Assembly (NCBI GenBank): GCA_963664015.2
Contig: CAXXLF010000002.1
Coordinates: forward strand, 1,696,001 to 1,760,000
Source of the DNA: Candidatus Binatia bacterium
GTDB lineage: Bacteria; Desulfobacterota; Binatia; UBA9968; CAXXLF01
Direction: 5' to 3'
DNA length: 64,000 nt
Shown here: positions 41,158-51,283 of the stretch, piece by piece
Layout of the letters: every line of letters starts with the position of its first letter
Position numbering within the stretch: the stretch's first letter is position 1
The notes under the pieces: generated by a model
The model's database searches: none
What the model saw: the letters and a program-made list of their open reading frames with translations, nothing else
Told to the model about the DNA's origin: nothing
Program-made: the position numbers and the translations under genes

Positions 41158-41832
41158 CAATTCCAACGGTAAACCGCCCTTGACCGGGTGTGACCTTTTG
41201 AAAGCCGGGTCAGATTCGCTTGGACTCCGCTTATCGCAAGAGCAGGTAGACGCCTTTTTTACCTATCTCGACCTCATTACACTCTGGAATTCCCGCTTCA
41301 ATCTGACCTCGATTAGAAAACCGGAAACTATTATTCGACTTCACTTTCTGGATTCTCTCGCTCTTGCCCACTTTCTTGATCCTGAGAAACGCCTAATGGA
41401 CCTCGGTAGCGGCGCAGGTCTCCCTGGTATTCCCATTAAGATCTTCTACCCGGACAAGCAGGTTGTCCTGGTTGAGGCGCATAACAAGAAGGCCAATTTT
41501 TTACGCGAGGTAAGCCGCAAACTTGGAATCAAAGCGATTCGAGTGGTTGGGGAAAGGGCAGAAAAGCTTAATCTCCAAGAAATTGGTTCCTTCAATGAGG
41601 TTGTAACTCGAGCATCAGGTCCGATCGTGAACCTTATTAAAATATCAGCGCCCTCTTATCACCAGGTGGAAGTTGTTTAATTATGGGTGGCCCATCAGGA
41701 TTTCAGAAATTCACCGCTGAGGGAGTTCGCAGCGCAGCCATTAAACTTGGCTTCACTTCGAGTCGTCTAGAAGAGTACCGATTGCCCCTTGGAACAGAAA
41801 CCAGAACCCTTTTGAGCTTCACAAAGAAATAA
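41150..41832 (+). CDS. rsmG: 16S rRNA m7G527 methyltransferase RsmG (one frameshift at ~41653)
   Basis: WN..FNLTSI, HFLDSL, DLGSGAGLPGIP and VTRA; continues LSPGG...YRLP...R to TAA at 41832. Confidence 0.9.
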
Positions 41833-41879
41833 CCCTCCCATGGGCTAATGCTCATATTCTTTTGTGAAGGCCAATAAGT

Positions 41880-41895
41880 TGTTTCACGTGAAACA
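41880..41895. promoter_or_regulatory. parS site
   Basis: Perfect palindrome TGTTTCACGTGAAACA upstream of parA. Confidence 0.93.
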
Positions 41896-41977
41896 TTCTT
41901 TCCTTCCATTTTCCCCATCAACGTGCTAAAAATGATCCTTACTTATATTATAGGTTATTGATTTAAAAGGATTATCG

Positions 41978-42772
41978 TTGGCAAGGGTCATAGCTATAGC
42001 TAATCAGAAGGGTGGTGTCGGAAAGACAACCACGACGGTTAACCTTGGCGCCTCACTAGCTGTTGCTGAGAAACGGACCCTACTGATCGATATCGATCCG
42101 CAGGGAAACAGCACAACAGGCCTCGGGATCGACCGTTCCAAGCTTACCCAAAGCATCTATGAGGTTCTTATCGGCAGCCGCCCCCTGCTAACCGTGCTCT
42201 GTCAGACCGAGCTGCCCTTTCTAAGGGTAGCCCCCGCAACTAGAGATTTGATTGGGGCTGAAATTGAGCTGGTGACCGAGCAGAGTCGGGAGCAGCGTCT
42301 CAAGCAGGCGCTGCAGCCTGTCCAGGAGGAGTTCGATTATATCCTGCTTGATTGTCCACCCTCTTTGGGCATTCTCACCCTCAATGCACTGACGGCTGCG
42401 GATTCGCTCATTGTGCCGCTGCAATGTGAATACTACGCCCTCGAAGGATTAACCTCGCTCCTGGAAACACTTAAAGTCGTCCAAAAAGGTATCAACACAA
42501 GCCTCTATCTCGAGGGTATTTTGCTAACCATGTTCGACGGCCGCAGCCGTCTATCCGAACAGGTGGCCGAAGAGGTGAGGCAGCATTTTCCCGATCGTTT
42601 GTTTCAAACCGTCATCCATCGCAACGTCCGTCTCAGTGAAAGTCCAAGCCATGGCAAGCCGGTGCTTTTGTATGACGTGCGCTCGACAGGGGCGCAAAGT
42701 TATTTACAGTTGGCAAAAGAAATCATGAGACGTGAAGAGGAGAAACCAAATGCAGAAGAAGGGACTGGGTAA
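41978..42772 (+). CDS. parA: Chromosome partitioning ATPase ParA/Soj
   Basis: NQKGGVGKTTT, DPQGN, DCPPSLG and QCEYYALEG. Confidence 0.96.
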   Translation: MARVIAIANQKGGVGKTTTTVNLGASLAVAEKRTLLIDIDPQGNSTTGLGIDRSKLTQSIYEVLIGSRPLLTVLCQTELPFLRVAPATRDLIGAEIELVTEQSREQRLKQALQPVQEEFDYILLDCPPSLGILTLNALTAADSLIVPLQCEYYALEGLTSLLETLKVVQKGINTSLYLEGILLTMFDGRSRLSEQVAEEVRQHFPDRLFQTVIHRNVRLSESPSHGKPVLLYDVRSTGAQSYLQLAKEIMRREEEKPNAEEGTG

Positions 42773-43667
42773 AGGTCTAAGCGCCCTTATTCCCGATGTC
42801 GACAAGCCTAACACAAGTTCATCCAACCTCGTGGAGGTCGATCAAATTGCCTCCAACCCGCGACAACCCCGTCGTGTATTTAACGAGGACCAGATTGACG
42901 AGCTGTCATCATCCATTAGAGAAAAAGGGGTGATACAACCCCTTTTAGTACGCCGTAACGGCCAGGGCTACGAACTCATCGCCGGCGAGCGCCGCTTGCG
43001 CGCATCGATCAAGGCTGGCATCCGACAGGTACCGGTTACCATTATCGAGGCCACAGACACGGAGACGTTGGAGTTGGCCCTGATCGAGAACCTGCAACGG
43101 GAGGATCTTAATCCCATCGACGAGTACCTCGCGTACAAACGCCTCCAGGAAGAATTCGCCTTGAGCCAGGAAGAGATCGCTACCAAGGTCGGCAAAAGCC
43201 GGCCAGCGGTAGCTAACTCCCTGCGTCTGGCCTTACTTCCCCCAGAAGTCCAACGAGAAGTCGCCGCCGGAAAACTGCCCGCCGGTCAGGCCCGTGCCCT
43301 CCTTGGGCTGGAGCGGGCCCCTCTTATCATCGCTGCAGCACGGGAGGTCCTGAGCAAGGGCCTTTCTACACGTGAAGCGGAGCGCTTGGTACGCCGGCTA
43401 AGGACACCCAGGGGCCGGAGAACCCCGGCTGGGGACACGGACCCCAATTTGGCTTCACTTATAGAAGGGGTGCAGCGTTGGCTTGGGACCAAAGTCCGCC
43501 TTCTGCACCGGGCCAGATCGGGTAAAGGCAAGATAGAGATCGAGTACTACTCAACGGAGGATTTTGACCGAATTATCCGCAAGCTAACAGACAGTCAGTC
43601 AGGCCACACTGCCGATCACGGTCCGGGTCTCCATCAGTCCCAAAACGCCTCAAAACCTAATCATTGA
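42750..43667 (+). CDS. parB: Chromosome partitioning protein ParB/Spo0J
   Basis: KGLGKGLSALI, NPRQPR, AGERRLRA and ENLQREDLNP. Confidence 0.96.
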   Translation: MQKKGLGKGLSALIPDVDKPNTSSSNLVEVDQIASNPRQPRRVFNEDQIDELSSSIREKGVIQPLLVRRNGQGYELIAGERRLRASIKAGIRQVPVTIIEATDTETLELALIENLQREDLNPIDEYLAYKRLQEEFALSQEEIATKVGKSRPAVANSLRLALLPPEVQREVAAGKLPAGQARALLGLERAPLIIAAAREVLSKGLSTREAERLVRRLRTPRGRRTPAGDTDPNLASLIEGVQRWLGTKVRLLHRARSGKGKIEIEYYSTEDFDRIIRKLTDSQSGHTADHGPGLHQSQNASKPNH

Positions 43668-43690
43668 GGCAACTTTGACCCAACCATCTT

Positions 43691-43719
43691 TTGACAATAC
43701 GCCTGCATGATGTTAAGAA
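43691..43719 (+). promoter_or_regulatory. Sigma-70 promoter for the atp operon
   Basis: TTGACA-17bp-TAAGAA, about 170 nt upstream of atpF'. Confidence 0.5.
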
Positions 43720-43886
43720 AGGGCCCTTGACTGGGGTGAATTCTTAATCTCAGGACCTGTTACGCGTAGGACCCCAGACAGGTAAATCCTCTTCTGCGGA
43801 TCTTCCACTAATAGGCTCAACCACCGTTGAGTCGGAGCAGGCTTATTTCTCCGAGCCTGACTTTTCTGTAGAAGAACACATGAATT

Positions 43887-44315
43887 ATGATTGAATTAGA
43901 TTATAGCCTCTTCATACAAATAGGCCTATTCCTTCTGCTGTGGGTATTTCTTTCGCGTTTCGTGTTTCGTCCCTTTCTGCGGATGCTTGAACAACGGGAG
44001 CAAAGAACCGATGGAACCCTGAACGATGCACAGAACCTTGCTGAAGAGGCGGAACAGTTAAAGGCGAGTTACGAACAAGCGATAGCGAAAGCGACGGAAG
44101 AAGGAAACGCGATCAAAGAGTCTATTCGCCATGAGGCCGCTCAAACAAGAGAGCAGCTCTTAGCACAAGCCCGGCAAGAAACCGCACACTTTCTCCAGAC
44201 CGCCAGGACGGAAATCCAAGTGGAGCTAGAAAAGGGAAGGGCAACCGCGGTCATAGAGGCCGAAGCCATCGCCCAGCAAATGGCGGAGAAGATCCTCGCG
44301 AGGAAGATTTCATGA
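43887..44315 (+). CDS. ATP synthase F0 subunit b'
   Basis: N-terminal TM (IQIGLFLLL...FRPFL) followed by a coiled coil; first gene of the b'/b pair. Confidence 0.88.
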   Translation: MIELDYSLFIQIGLFLLLWVFLSRFVFRPFLRMLEQREQRTDGTLNDAQNLAEEAEQLKASYEQAIAKATEEGNAIKESIRHEAAQTREQLLAQARQETAHFLQTARTEIQVELEKGRATAVIEAEAIAQQMAEKILARKIS

Positions 44316-44863
44316 ATGCGGTCACACTTTTCACTATCACCGAGGCCTGGGCGGCCGGCGCCGCCGGTGGTGGAGCGCACGATGTGGACATCTTTAATCT
44401 CACCTTTCCACTGATCAACTTCCTTATTTTCCTTTATATCATCAAGCGTCTCGTCGTGCCCCGGCTTCGGATTCATGTGAGTGATCGCAGGGCCAAAATC
44501 CTAGGTGCCATCCAATCGGCCGCAGAGGAAAAGGCAAAGGCCGTGGCCTTGGTACACGACTACCGCGAACGTATGGATCAGTTGGAGGATACCACACGGG
44601 AGATCCGCGACGGGTTACGGACCGAAGCCGAGAGAGAAAAGGATAAGCTGATGCGCGATGCACGAGAACTCGGCGACAAGCTCCGAGCTGATGTCCAATT
44701 TCTCACTGAGCAGGAGCAAAAGATCGCCAAACAACAGCTACGTATGGATATCGCACGCTTGGCACGGGATGCCGCCCAGCGGACGATTCAAGCCAACCTT
44801 AAAACTACCGATCAGGACCTTTTAGTCGATCGGTTCTTGCAGCAAATTGAGGCAATCCGATGA
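44312..44863 (+). CDS. atpF: ATP synthase F0 subunit b
   Basis: INFLIF TM segment plus coiled coil ending DQDLLVDRFL. Confidence 0.88.
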   Translation: MNAVTLFTITEAWAAGAAGGGAHDVDIFNLTFPLINFLIFLYIIKRLVVPRLRIHVSDRRAKILGAIQSAAEEKAKAVALVHDYRERMDQLEDTTREIRDGLRTEAEREKDKLMRDARELGDKLRADVQFLTEQEQKIAKQQLRMDIARLARDAAQRTIQANLKTTDQDLLVDRFLQQIEAIR

Positions 44864-45399
44864 TCGAGGGCAGGTTGAGTCGGCGCTATGCCAAGGCTCT
44901 CTTTAACCTGGCCCGCGAGGGAAACCGGGAAGAGGCGGTTGCCTCAGATCTCAATCGTTTCGTAGACGCTTACAACGGTTCCAACCTTCACAAGGTGCTG
45001 AACAATCCCGCATTCGGCGTAGCCAAACGAAAGAGCCTGGCGCTCCGGATCGCCAACCTTCTGGAGGCCGCCACCCTGGTCGTGAGTTTTTTGTCCTACC
45101 TTATCGACCGCGACCGTTTTTCCATTCTGCCTTCCATTACCCTGCAGTACCATCAGCTGCTCGACGACGCCAAAGGTAGAGCGCAGGCCCGGGTCGTAAC
45201 ACCTGCGCCCCTCGGCGAAGACAAGAAGGATAACCTGTGCCAAGTCCTGAAGGGGATTTGTAATAAGGAAGTAATCCTTCACGAGGAGATCCGTCCCGAG
45301 TTGATCGGTGGACTCTTGATTGAACTCGAGGGCAAGGTCTACGACGGCACCATAAGCACCCAGCTTCAGAGCCTGACAGACAAGATCGAACAAGGATAA
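44860..45399 (+). CDS. atpH: ATP synthase F1 subunit delta
   Basis: RRYAKALF and LIGGL...VYDGTI. Confidence 0.93.
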   Translation: MIEGRLSRRYAKALFNLAREGNREEAVASDLNRFVDAYNGSNLHKVLNNPAFGVAKRKSLALRIANLLEAATLVVSFLSYLIDRDRFSILPSITLQYHQLLDDAKGRAQARVVTPAPLGEDKKDNLCQVLKGICNKEVILHEEIRPELIGGLLIELEGKVYDGTISTQLQSLTDKIEQG

Positions 45400-45407
45400 T
45401 TAGTAAA

Positions 45408-45550
45408 GCAAAATTCGAAGCACGAAATGCAAAACTCGATACAAAAAAGGGAGACTCAAAATACTAATTTCAAGACATTTAAAATCGCAGGAGAAGTTCT
45501 CATTGGAAGGTTTTGGATTTTGAGAATTGAGATTTTGAGCTTCCGAAGTC
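45408..45550. repeat. Heptamer-type palindromic insert between atpH and atpA
   Basis: AAATTCG/AAGCACG/AAATGC..., then TTTTGGA/TTTTGAG/AATTGAG/ATTTTGAG; same module type as the cores of the 8.1 kb and 30.4 kb elements. Confidence 0.6.
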
Positions 45551-45580
45551 GGTTTTTTATTTATGGGGGTCTTGGCGCAA

Positions 45581-45631
45581 GATCCTCCTACGCTAAAGCT
45601 TAGGAGGATCCCCCGAAGCCTTGGCGAAGGG
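45581..45631. repeat. REP-like palindromes upstream of atpA
   Basis: GATCCTCCTA-CGCTAAAGCT-TAGGAGGATC followed by CCGAAGCCTTGGCGAAGG. Confidence 0.55.
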
Positions 45632-45711
45632 AAAACCATTGTTGAAGTTGTTCTGTTGAAGATTCTATGGGTAAGGGCCTAAGGTACTGATTGAGAGGTC
45701 GGAGGAGTGAA

Positions 45712-47220
45712 ATGGATATAGGAACCGCAGAGATCAGCCGCATCATCAAGCAGCAGATCCAGGACTACGATAACGGCGTTCAAATTGACGAGGTCGGTAC
45801 CGTCATCTCAACCGGCGATGGCATCGCCCGGGTCTACGGCCTCGAAAAGGCCGCCGCGGGAGAGCTCCTCTCCTTCCCCCATGGGGTCCACGGTATGGTG
45901 CTCAATCTGGAGGAGGACAATGTCGGGGTCTCGCTCTTTGGCGAAACCCATCTGATCAAAGAGGGAGACACGGTCAAGCGCACGGGTAGGATTGCCGAGA
46001 TCGCCGTGGGCAAGCCATTGGTGGGCAGGGTCATCAATCCCCTGGGCGAACCCATTGACGGGCGCGGCCCCATCGAGGCCACCGAACGGAGAAGAATCGA
46101 GCTTAAGGCCCCTGGGATTGTAGCGCGTCAACCGGTGAAAGAACCCTTGCAAACGGGCATTAAGGCCATTGATGCCATGATCCCTATCGGACGGGGTCAA
46201 CGGGAGTTGATCATTGGCGACCGCCAAACGGGAAAGACCGCAGTGGTGGTAGACGCCATTATCAATCAAAAGGGCAGCGGCGTAACTTGTATTTACGTGG
46301 CCATAGGCCAGAAGCGATCAACAGTGGCTCAGGTCGTAGAACGCCTCAGGCAAAATGGCGCTATGGACTACACCGTGGTTGTCGCGGCTACCGCATCCGA
46401 ATCGGCTCCCCTCCAGTATATTGCCCCGTACAGTGGCTGCACGATCGGTGAACAGATTCGGGACACGGGAGGCCATGCCCTGGTTGTTTACGACGATCTC
46501 TCCAAGCATGCGGTCGCCTATCGACAGCTCTCTCTGCTTTTGCGCCGCCCACCGGGCCGGGAGGCCTTTCCTGGAGACGTCTTTTACCTGCATTCGCGTC
46601 TACTCGAGCGAGCTGCAAAACTCAACGATGCCCTCGGTGGAGGTTCTCTCACCGCCCTCCCGATCATCGAAACCCAAGCGGGAGATGTCTCTGCCTATAT
46701 TCCGACCAATGTCATCTCGATCACCGACGGGCAGATCTATCTTGAGACCGACCTGTTTTATTCCGGCGTACGGCCCGCCATCAACGTGGGGCTGTCGGTC
46801 TCCCGGGTGGGAGGAGCCGCACAAATCAAGGCCATGAAACAAGTCGCCGGCACCTTGCGTCTCGATCTGGCTCAATACCGGGAGCTAGCCGCCTTTGCCC
46901 AGTTCGGTTCCGACTTGGACCAGGCGACCCAACGGCAGCTCGCTCGAGGCAGCCGCTTGGTGGAGATTCTCAAGCAGGGGCAATACGAACCTCTACCAGT
47001 AGAAAAACAAATTCTTATCATCTACGCCGGAACCAATGGGTTCATGGATGATCTACCCATAGAATCGTTACATAAGTACGAGCAGGAGCTTTTCGCTTTT
47101 GTCGAGGACAAGACTCCTGAACTCTATAGTGAGATTCTGACGAAGCGCGAACTGGACAATGAGCTAAAGGCCAAGATCAATAAGGTCTTCGAGGATTTCA
47201 AGGCAACCTATAAGGCTTAA
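45712..47220 (+). CDS. atpA: ATP synthase F1 subunit alpha
   Basis: GGAGGAG RBS; GDRQTGKT and [21 protein letters not shown]. Confidence 0.98.
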   Translation: MDIGTAEISRIIKQQIQDYDNGVQIDEVGTVISTGDGIARVYGLEKAAAGELLSFPHGVHGMVLNLEEDNVGVSLFGETHLIKEGDTVKRTGRIAEIAVGKPLVGRVINPLGEPIDGRGPIEATERRRIELKAPGIVARQPVKEPLQTGIKAIDAMIPIGRGQRELIIGDRQTGKTAVVVDAIINQKGSGVTCIYVAIGQKRSTVAQVVERLRQNGAMDYTVVVAATASESAPLQYIAPYSGCTIGEQIRDTGGHALVVYDDLSKHAVAYRQLSLLLRRPPGREAFPGDVFYLHSRLLERAAKLNDALGGGSLTALPIIETQAGDVSAYIPTNVISITDGQIYLETDLFYSGVRPAINVGLSVSRVGGAAQIKAMKQVAGTLRLDLAQYRELAAFAQFGSDLDQATQRQLARGSRLVEILKQGQYEPLPVEKQILIIYAGTNGFMDDLPIESLHKYEQELFAFVEDKTPELYSEILTKRELDNELKAKINKVFEDFKATYKA

Positions 47221-48080
47221 TGGCAACCCTAAAAGCAATACGGACACGGATTACCTCGGTCCGCAATACGCAGCAGATCACCCGGGCAATGAAAATGGTC
47301 TCGGCGGCAAAGTTGCGCCGTGCGCAGGAGACCGTGATCGAAGCGCGCCCTTACGCCGACAAAATGGCTGCCCTGCTGAACAATCTCTCGTCCCGCGTTG
47401 CGGCTGAATCCCATCCGCTCCTCAAGGGTCGAGAGGAACAAAAATTCGACTTGATTTTGCTGACTTCGGACCGCGGATTGTGCGGAGGCTACAACGGCAA
47501 CCTGATCCGGGCTGCGGAAGCCTTTATGCGAGACCACCCCTCCCCGGGGAAAGTAAACCTGATCGTCGTCGGACGCAGAGGCGCCGATTATTTTCGCCGT
47601 CGCAATGCAGATATCGCCGAACGGTACCTCAATATCTTGAGCTCAACACCGGAAGATCTGGCCGGCCAGATCGCCGCGAAAGCCATCGGACGGTTGCTTG
47701 ACGGTGAATCCGATGGGAGCTACCTCGTTTATAGCCGTTTTCAATCCGCATTGGTTCAGGTTCCGACAGTTGAAAAGCTTCTTCCCGTGACTACCGGTGA
47801 AAATGTCGGGGAAGAACAGCCCGTCGAATACCTATTAGAGCCCAACGTGGAGTCCTTGCTGTCCAGCCTTTTGCCCAAGGTGGTCGAAGTCGCCATCTAC
47901 CGGGCCCTGTTAGAGGCTACTGCCAGTGAACATGGCGCGCGTATGACTGCCATGGATTCGGCCACGACCAACGCCGGTAAAATGATCAACCATCTCGCTT
48001 TACAAATGAACCGTGCCCGTCAGGCGGCAATCACTACTGAGCTATTGGAAGTGGTATCGACCGCCGAAGCATTGAAGTGA
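47220..48080 (+). CDS. atpG: ATP synthase F1 subunit gamma
   Basis: ITRAMKMVSAAK, SDRGLCG and NRARQAAIT.E. Confidence 0.97.
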   Translation: MATLKAIRTRITSVRNTQQITRAMKMVSAAKLRRAQETVIEARPYADKMAALLNNLSSRVAAESHPLLKGREEQKFDLILLTSDRGLCGGYNGNLIRAAEAFMRDHPSPGKVNLIVVGRRGADYFRRRNADIAERYLNILSSTPEDLAGQIAAKAIGRLLDGESDGSYLVYSRFQSALVQVPTVEKLLPVTTGENVGEEQPVEYLLEPNVESLLSSLLPKVVEVAIYRALLEATASEHGARMTAMDSATTNAGKMINHLALQMNRARQAAITTELLEVVSTAEALK

Positions 48081-48087
48081 GGACTGA

Positions 48088-49515
<1,428 letters not shown>

Positions 49516-49560
49516 GATGGGCGCGGAATGGAAACCTTAGGGGAGGGTTGAAAGGACTTT

Positions 49561-49846
49561 TTAATCTTTTTCCTGAAAAAAGGCGTATAAGCTGAATACG
49601 ACCAGGAGAATACCGCAACCTATATATAAGGACAAGGCGAGGTTCGAACCACCGGCGGCAATCATAAACTCATCGCCGTAGACGTAAAACCCCCAGTAAA
49701 AGGTAAATAGATAAGTCGTCACCAGACACAGCTTGCGCTCCTGTAACAGCATGAAAATGCTGCTAAGACCGATATAAATGCCTATCTGCCATGCAGGGAT
49801 GCAAAAGCGATATGCTGGCGATTTCGTAAGTAGCCCCGGGTTCCAT
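49561..49846 (-). CDS. Small 3-TM hypothetical membrane protein (frameshift in a GGGG run near the start)
   Basis: MEPG / ...FCIPAWQIGIYIGLSSIFMLLQERKLCLVTTYLFTFYWGFY...FFQEKD*; AT-richer than its flanks. Confidence 0.5.
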
Positions 49847-50094
49847 ATTTCTCAGATATTTCCTATGGTTTTGACGTTATAGGACCCCGGTTTAAACTCA
49901 CGCAATCGGTATACCGCACCGTATATAGTAGGCCAACTGGATTGAACTACTATATATTGTATCATTCTACCAGAAGATATAGAAAATTTCCTTCCAATGG
50001 CGTCCATCTCTGGTACCTTTAAATCACTCTCTGGGACTCGTCTCCGGGGTGTTTCAAAGTCCAACGGGCCAGAAAGTGGCGGAATCATTATGAC

Positions 50095-50124
50095 TTGACG
50101 GTGGCAGCAACCGGTCGCTATATT
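50095..50124 (+). promoter_or_regulatory. Sigma-70-like promoter for the cupin-EutA operon
   Basis: TTGACG-18bp-TATATT; AAGGAGG RBS at about 50146-50152. Confidence 0.45.
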
Positions 50125-50162
50125 CACAGGGACAAGTGACATATTAAGGAGGAAACACTTCC

Positions 50163-51257
50163 ATGGCCAATACCCCTTTTACCTATGACCACTGGATGGA
50201 GTCTGTCGGGATACCCATTCATCGAGGTTTCTATATTGAGGATCTAAAGACTGTGGAACTGCATTGGTGGGAGGAAAGGCAGTGCAACGCGGCCTTCATG
50301 CAACTCATGGGTCAAGAGGGCGTTACCTCGGCTATCATCATGGAGATACCCCCGGGTCAAACCCTGCCGCCGCAAAGGTTTGCGTTAGACGAAGTCGTCT
50401 ACGTGGCCGACGGGCGTGGCTTGACCACCGTTTGGGGTAAAGAGGGAGGGACGAAAAAATCCTTTGAGTGGCAAAAACACAGCATGTTTCTGCTCCCCCA
50501 TAATACGTACCACCAGCTAAACAACATGCAGGGGGACAGCCCTGTACGTTTGCTTCGTTACAGCTACTTTCCCCTGGCATTGTCCGCCGTACAGGAGCCC
50601 GATTTCTTTTTTAAAAACCCCTATGAGGGCCGGGACCTGATCTCAGGCGGCAACGGAGATTTCTATTCCGAGGCAAAAGTCCTAAATCCCAACGAGGACA
50701 TGTGGGGTCGGGTCTACTGGTACGGTAATTTTTTCCCTGACATGAGGGCCTGGGACAAGCTGGACGCAAACAAGAGACGGGGGGCTGGAGGGCGAAGCGT
50801 TTACATCCGGTTTCCAAACTCTGAGATGTCTTGCCATATGTCAATTTTTTCATCGCGGACTTACAAAAAGGCCCACCGCCACGGTCCCGGCCGTGTGATC
50901 GTCATACCGGCCGGTGAAGGTTATTCGATCCTATGGGAAGAAGGAAAAGAAAAAAATATCGTTCCATGGCATGAGGGGAGCGTTTTTGTTCCACCCAATC
51001 GATGGTTTCACCAACATTTCAATTTGGGAAACACCCCGGCGAGGTACCTGGCCATGCATCCCCCCATGCAGTTCCATGGTCACGCGGAAAAGGTCGAAGA
51101 CCGTGCCAAGGACCAAATCGAATACACCGACGAAGAGTCCTGGATTCGCGAAAGGTTCGAAAGCGAACTCGCAAAAGCAGGCCAGAACACATTAATGCCA
51201 GAACAGGCTTATCAGGATAAGACCTATGAGTGGTCCCTGATTCAGGTCAGCTCCTAA
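50163..51257 (+). CDS. Bicupin protein of unknown function
   Basis: Two cupin repeats (EIPPG...DEVVYVADGRG; KAHRHGPG...GEGYS...WFHQHFN.G..PARYLA). Confidence 0.8.
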   Translation: MANTPFTYDHWMESVGIPIHRGFYIEDLKTVELHWWEERQCNAAFMQLMGQEGVTSAIIMEIPPGQTLPPQRFALDEVVYVADGRGLTTVWGKEGGTKKSFEWQKHSMFLLPHNTYHQLNNMQGDSPVRLLRYSYFPLALSAVQEPDFFFKNPYEGRDLISGGNGDFYSEAKVLNPNEDMWGRVYWYGNFFPDMRAWDKLDANKRRGAGGRSVYIRFPNSEMSCHMSIFSSRTYKKAHRHGPGRVIVIPAGEGYSILWEEGKEKNIVPWHEGSVFVPPNRWFHQHFNLGNTPARYLAMHPPMQFHGHAEKVEDRAKDQIEYTDEESWIRERFESELAKAGQNTLMPEQAYQDKTYEWSLIQVSS

Positions 51258-51283
51258 ACCTGACCCCACGGGAGAACATCTCC

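Noticed and set aside
41896-41977. AT-rich stretch before parA as oriC
   Set aside because: Short, with no TTATCCACA cluster; better explained as the parA promoter region
49852-50142. 96-aa minus-strand ORF upstream of the cupin
   Set aside because: Overlaps the cupin promoter, with no recognisable motif or RBS
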